This document shows, in pieces, positions 58,745-64,000 of a DNA stretch of 64,000 nucleotides (positions within the stretch are counted from its first letter, which is position 1; each line of letters begins with the position of its first letter). Origin of the DNA: Chrysomallon squamiferum (Eukaryota > Animalia > Mollusca); NCBI GenBank assembly GCA_012295275.1, contig CM022673.1:27776001-27840000 (forward strand), written 5' to 3'. The notes below the pieces were generated by a model. It was not told the origin of the DNA. It saw only the letters and a list, made by a program, of their open reading frames with translations, and did no database searches. The translations under genes and the position numbers were made by a program.

Positions 58745-59395
58745 TTTTGCTTGAGTTGCGAGCCAAAATCCGAATTACGAGCGAGCTTCAAATACGCCGC
58801 CGCAACGAACAACACAACATCCGTCCAGCATCCCACCTCTAACTCGTTTACTTCACGTGGTTACCTTGCAGAGGAGGCATCTCTGTTGTGTTGTGTTCAC
58901 GTTTTGTGATGTATTCTGCCAATTGTGTTTTTATGGCCATGGATCCTAAAAAAGTGAGTGCAAAGGACAGTGCTGAGAAGAAGAAGCGGATGATGTCCAT
59001 TGAATTAAAGGTTGAATTCATAGAAAAACATGAGCGAGCCTGTGCATGTAGTCGACTTGGCTAGGCAGTACGAGTGTAGTATTTCTACGATGTGAACCAT
59101 ACTGATGCTGAAGGAGTCGATAAAGGCTGTAACTCCAGCGTTAAAATAATTTGATTGATCTCCAAGATAAACACACTTTACAAAACCAGTTTATTTTTTT
59201 TTACATTCTCTTTTATTTAGTTTTTATACAATATAAGTTATTTAAAAACACGTTACAAAAAAAACAAAAAAAACTAAAAATTGTTGTGGTTTTTGAGAGG
59301 GTCTGGAACGGATTAAGAGTATTTCAATTAATTTCAAATGGGAAAACTGATTTGATATACGAGCAAATTGAGATACGAGCTCGGTGAAGTTACCA

Positions 59396-59398
<3 letters not shown>
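58745..59398 (+). mobile_element. Degenerate, internally deleted Tigger/pogo-type DNA transposon
   Basis: From ATG 58939: MDPKKVSAKDSAEKKKRMMSIELKVEFIEKHER / (frameshift) VHVVDLARQYECSISTM*TILMLKESIKAVTPA, a CENP-B-type N-terminal HTH of Tigger transposases. The right end ...taccactg is followed by TA. No DDE domain or left terminus is seen. Confidence 0.8.
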
Positions 59399-59466
<68 letters not shown>

Positions 59467-59472
59467 CGCACA

Positions 59473-59560
<88 letters not shown>

Positions 59561-59604
59561 TATATATATATATATATGTGTGTGTGTATATATACATACA
59601 TACA

Positions 59605-59636
<32 letters not shown>

Positions 59637-59660
59637 CAAAAATACATACATATATATATA
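59399..59660. repeat. (TA)n / (TACA)n microsatellite
   Basis: Direct reading; it is the source of several YIYIYI ORFs. Confidence 0.95.
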
Positions 59661-61165
59661 TTCAGCATATATGCAAAAAGAGAACCATATTTTGAATGAA
59701 ACTAAATATGTAATATGCTTTTTATGCTAAGTGTGCCTTGGTTTAATGAATAAATTTCGTTTTTAATTAAAAATACATGTGACCAGTAAATAATTTCATT
59801 ATTCTTTTTTATTTAATGCATGGCCTTTCAAACGATAGGGACAGTATTAAAACATTATTTATTTATTTATTTATTTATTTATTAAAAGTTTTATTATTAT
59901 TATTATTTTATTTATTTATTTATTTATTTATTATTATTATTATTATGATTATTATGATTATGATTATTATATTATTATTATTATTATTATTATTATTTTT
60001 TTATTTTTTACAACATGTTTCCATTTTCTGTGTTTTGTGTTTTTGTAGATTTATGAACTGTAGTTTTAAATTTCATAATTTTTTCGTGTGGAAATTTAGT
60101 CAACTCTTATCCATATTTTCTCCAGTATTTCATAAATGTTTATTCATAAAGAAATGGATTTTTTCCTTATTATTTATTTATTTGATTTTTATTTTTTTAT
60201 TTATTTTTTTTTTTTATTTTTTATTATTATTATTTGTGATTTTTTTTTTTTATCACTTTTTGTGTTTATTTTTATGTACACACTTACATTTTTTTTTTTT
60301 TCTTTTACATATATATTTACACAGGTTTGTGTGTGCATGTGTGTACGTATACTTGTGGATATATATTTTAATTATAGAGGTTTTAACCTTCATCCTTTTT
60401 CTCTTTTATCTAGAGGTGTGTTCAACACTTTAATATAGTTTACACAAAACGAAATGTTGCATAAAATTGTTTGCAGTTAAACTAGCAATTGTTTGGCCGG
60501 TGTGTTACACAGTTACTGAGTTTTAAACACAGGAATATTAAATATCAAAGGAATATTAAACAGCTATATCGTTTTGGTAATAATGAGTTGTGGAAACCAA
60601 CTACATGTATGAAAATTATGTAACAGTAAAAAGTATGTCGTAATTTGTTTTAGTTTGTTTTCTTTCTCCGCTGGTTAAATAAACTGTGTAAAGAATAACA
60701 GTTTTTTTCATCTTTATTTGTTTTTACTTTTTTTCACTTGAGCTCTTGATATTTCTTGAAAGTATGGAAAAATGAAGTTTGTTCCAAAACATCCAATACT
60801 CTAAAATCCACAATGCAGTTCAGTAGCTCAGCTCATAATATAAGCGTAATTTTACACAGACAGATAGATCGAAGTTCCGTACTGTTAACGGGTTATTTCC
60901 AGTTCCTGCCAACGCCGACATCTAGTTTACCAAAGATCTGGTTTATATTTCAATGTCTGGAAAAGGTTTAGATAAATAAGAAAAAAGCAGCGTACAGCTT
61001 AACATTTTAAAATTTGACCTGTTTATATTTTAATTATTTTATTCATTCTGCTGTCCAATCATCAAGGAATAAACAAGCGTAACAAAAAAAAAGAACAGTT
61101 ATGAATTATTTGGGCGCCGCCATTTTTCTGACGTTGTAACGTCATTCATTTTTTCTTTCTTTCTT

Positions 61166-61203
<38 letters not shown>

Positions 61204-62834
61204 GTTTTTCTTTCATACAGCAAAAACTTTTATCATCCTTATTATCATTTTAATCAGCTTCATAAATTAAAAGAAACTAGTTAATATTTCAGTAATATCA
61301 AAGACTTAAATATTAAGGTAATAAACCTAAAGCTGATAAAGGTATAACCAAAATGAAAATAAATGCACACACTGCATATATAAAGTAGTGGTTATTGTCT
61401 GGTATCTATGTCTACGTTGAAAAGAAGCAATTACTCTTTGAAATAAATTTAAATCCAGATCAAAACCTAATTTGTTGCTTTGTTTACACCTGCAGGTATA
61501 GTTTGTAATGGTTTCTTTTTGAAAAACTAAAAAATCAAGAGGAATTCGCTGAGAGGCTTGGCAACGGTAACAGTTTTCCGGAACCAAATCCTTTCCACTC
61601 TTACGTAATCCTTTTTCACTACTTCTGTCTGCATTGCTGTAACCTTGCTATATTTAAGTGTTTAAAATTTATAAAAGCTAAAAGTTATCATCTCATGGAG
61701 TAGTAGAAGTTTGATATTTGTCTCTATGTGAAATGTGTTTACACAAACACACTGCGACCTTTCCTCCTGCCCTACTCAAATCGTGTATTTATAAATTAAT
61801 TTTCAGTTTGTTGTGTAATTTTAACGATATAATGTTTCGATGATTTCGATAATATTTAAAAGCAAAAGTTCCAGTTTACTACTGAATATTCTGTGGTATT
61901 TCTTTTTACTTATATTTATTTATTTATTTATTTATCTACTTCTTTATTTGTTTATTTGTTTGTTTGTTGTTTTTAGTCTGTATTTTTTCAATTATTTATT
62001 TATCTTTTATTTTTAATTTATTTATTTATTTATTTATTCTTACTTTTGTAATATAAAAATTAAAAATACACCATCGACAATAAAATAATAATAAAAAGAT
62101 TTTTTTAAAACCCACAAAACTATCAACAACAAAAATAATAATATTTATGAACATAAATAAAATTTCCTATCGAAGTAAGCCACTAGTGTACTAAGACTGT
62201 CATTTCTAGATTAAACCGTCCACGAATCCAATTTAAACATTTAGTTGGAGAGAGACGATTACTCTTTTTCTTTGTGTGCGCGCGCTCGCGTGTATGTGTG
62301 TGTGCGTGTGAGTGTGTGTGTGTGAGTGTGTGTGTGCGCGTATGTGTGTGAGTGTGTGTGTGTTTCTGTGGTTGTGTGTGTGCGTGTGCGTGTGTGTGTG
62401 TGTGTGTGAGTGCAGTAAAATGTAAATGGATAGATTAGTTTAGGGAGAAAAAAATTACGATTTCTCTCTTTGAAAAAAAAAAAATGTCCCCTAACAAAGT
62501 ACACGAAAAAATATTTACTCCATAAATAATCACTGGCGACTGTAAGACTTAGTTAAGTGCAAAAGAAAGAAAAGAAAGAAATGCGTCAATAAGATATTAC
62601 TTGAGGAAACTGATAATAAGAAGCACACAGGCAAGGGTCAAAGGGGAAATTCTGAGCTGGGACTGTCATGTCATTCATTATCACACTGAGAATTCATCTT
62701 GGCTCCAGCTGTCAGACATTACCATATATAACCCCATATCACAGCCACTGAACTTTAAACTGATTTAGTCACATAACGTGCTCGTTAAAACAGAAAAGCC
62801 TATAACGAGACCAGTTTGAACAAAACTGTTCACC

Positions 62835-62871
62835 ATGTTTTTATCTACATTACAGATAGTTTTCTTTCTTG
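62835..62871 (+). CDS. First (signal-peptide) exon of CAP copy C; any remainder lies beyond the window
   Basis: caccATG TTT TTA TCT ACA TTA CAG ATA GTT TTC TTT CTT G|gtaagt (MFLSTLQIVFFL-G), with the same TATA/5'UTR upstream and intron 1 with (TC)n running to the window end. Integrity of the rest is unknown. Confidence 0.75.
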
Positions 62872-62901
62872 GTAAGTTCGTTAAATATTATAAAATAGAA
62901 A

Positions 62902-62995
<94 letters not shown>

Positions 62996-63201
62996 GTGTA
63001 TGTATCTATGTGGGTAGATATCTGTCTCTTTTTTCTGAATGATTCTCCTCCGCATGTTTTTAATATAATTTTTACCTCTTCAAATTTGCACATAAAAAGA
63101 AAAACAAAGATCAAAAGAAATAAATAATGTCTTCCTGGGGTATTTCTTACACTTTTTAACACACACTTTACAGTTTTATATTTTATTTTATTTTACTTGA
63201 T

Positions 63202-63236
<35 letters not shown>

Positions 63237-63330
63237 TTAGTTTATATATATATATATATTTTTTTTATTTCATTATTTATAAATTTTACATATTTGTGTA
63301 ATTATTTATTTATAACGAATTATTTAAGAG

Positions 63331-63434
<104 letters not shown>

Positions 63435-64000
63435 ATGTATATATATATATTCACTCTATTTTATCTAAAATCTAACGGAAAGATAGTTAAATTTAAAAAA
63501 CAGAAAGGATAACGTTTTCAGTAACATTTTCATAATTAAAATACCATTTTATTTTTAAATTATTATCCATGCCTTTTGAACCCATCAGCTTAACAGGTGG
63601 GAACGTAATATAAAATGTAAAAGATTCTTTCCCTTTCAAAACGTAAGGTTCAGTTTGACCGAATTACACAGCAGTAAAACTGTACGACACACAGTGAAAC
63701 TCCACATACCGAAAAAAATAATGCATTGGCGGAAATATTTCATCATCATCAATGTCATCATTGTAATCAATAAACTTCATTCTGCGAAGCCAGTCTTTGG
63801 AGTGTGGCTCACCTCATATGGGTGAACGAGTGAGGGGTGGAGCAATGTTTTGGGTGGATCTTGCACAGACTAAATATAAAATCTCGTTGATGAAATTCTA
63901 AACACAGACCCACACACTTTGACTGTCTGTTATCTACGCGTTATATTTACAGAGATAATGATCTACTCTTATTTACTTTTTTCCTTATTTACTTATTTAG

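Noticed and set aside
59242-60438. ORFs rich in YI/IY, LLL and FIYL (also ERERER, HTHT, NNN elsewhere)
   Set aside because: These are translations of (TA)n, (TTA)n, (TTTA)n, (GA)n and (CA)n microsatellites.

Overview
AT-rich, intron-containing animal genomic DNA, probably lophotrochozoan/mollusc (inferred from the Conus Tex31/Mr30-type CAP architecture). Most of the ORF track is microsatellite noise, so genes were rebuilt exon by exon. The first ~22 kb holds three intact conserved genes: GULO (+, 5' end outside the window), TTLL1 (-) and TMEM41B/stasimon (+, with a U12-type intron), the last two head-to-head. From ~23 kb to the end lies a young, rearranged amplicon of a signal peptide-CAP(SCP)-EGF-like-ShKT-like gene with a hydrophobic/GPI-type tail. 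It contains copy A (+, intact, 321 aa), copy B (-, 1-nt frameshift), the first exon of copy C (+) and relics of further copies, arranged as alternating inverted repeats. A and B differ much more in their CAP exons than in adjacent introns. Both carry a 41-bp minisatellite starting at the stop codon, and a Tigger relic sits at one orientation switch. Coordinates and counts were read by hand; no database searches were run.
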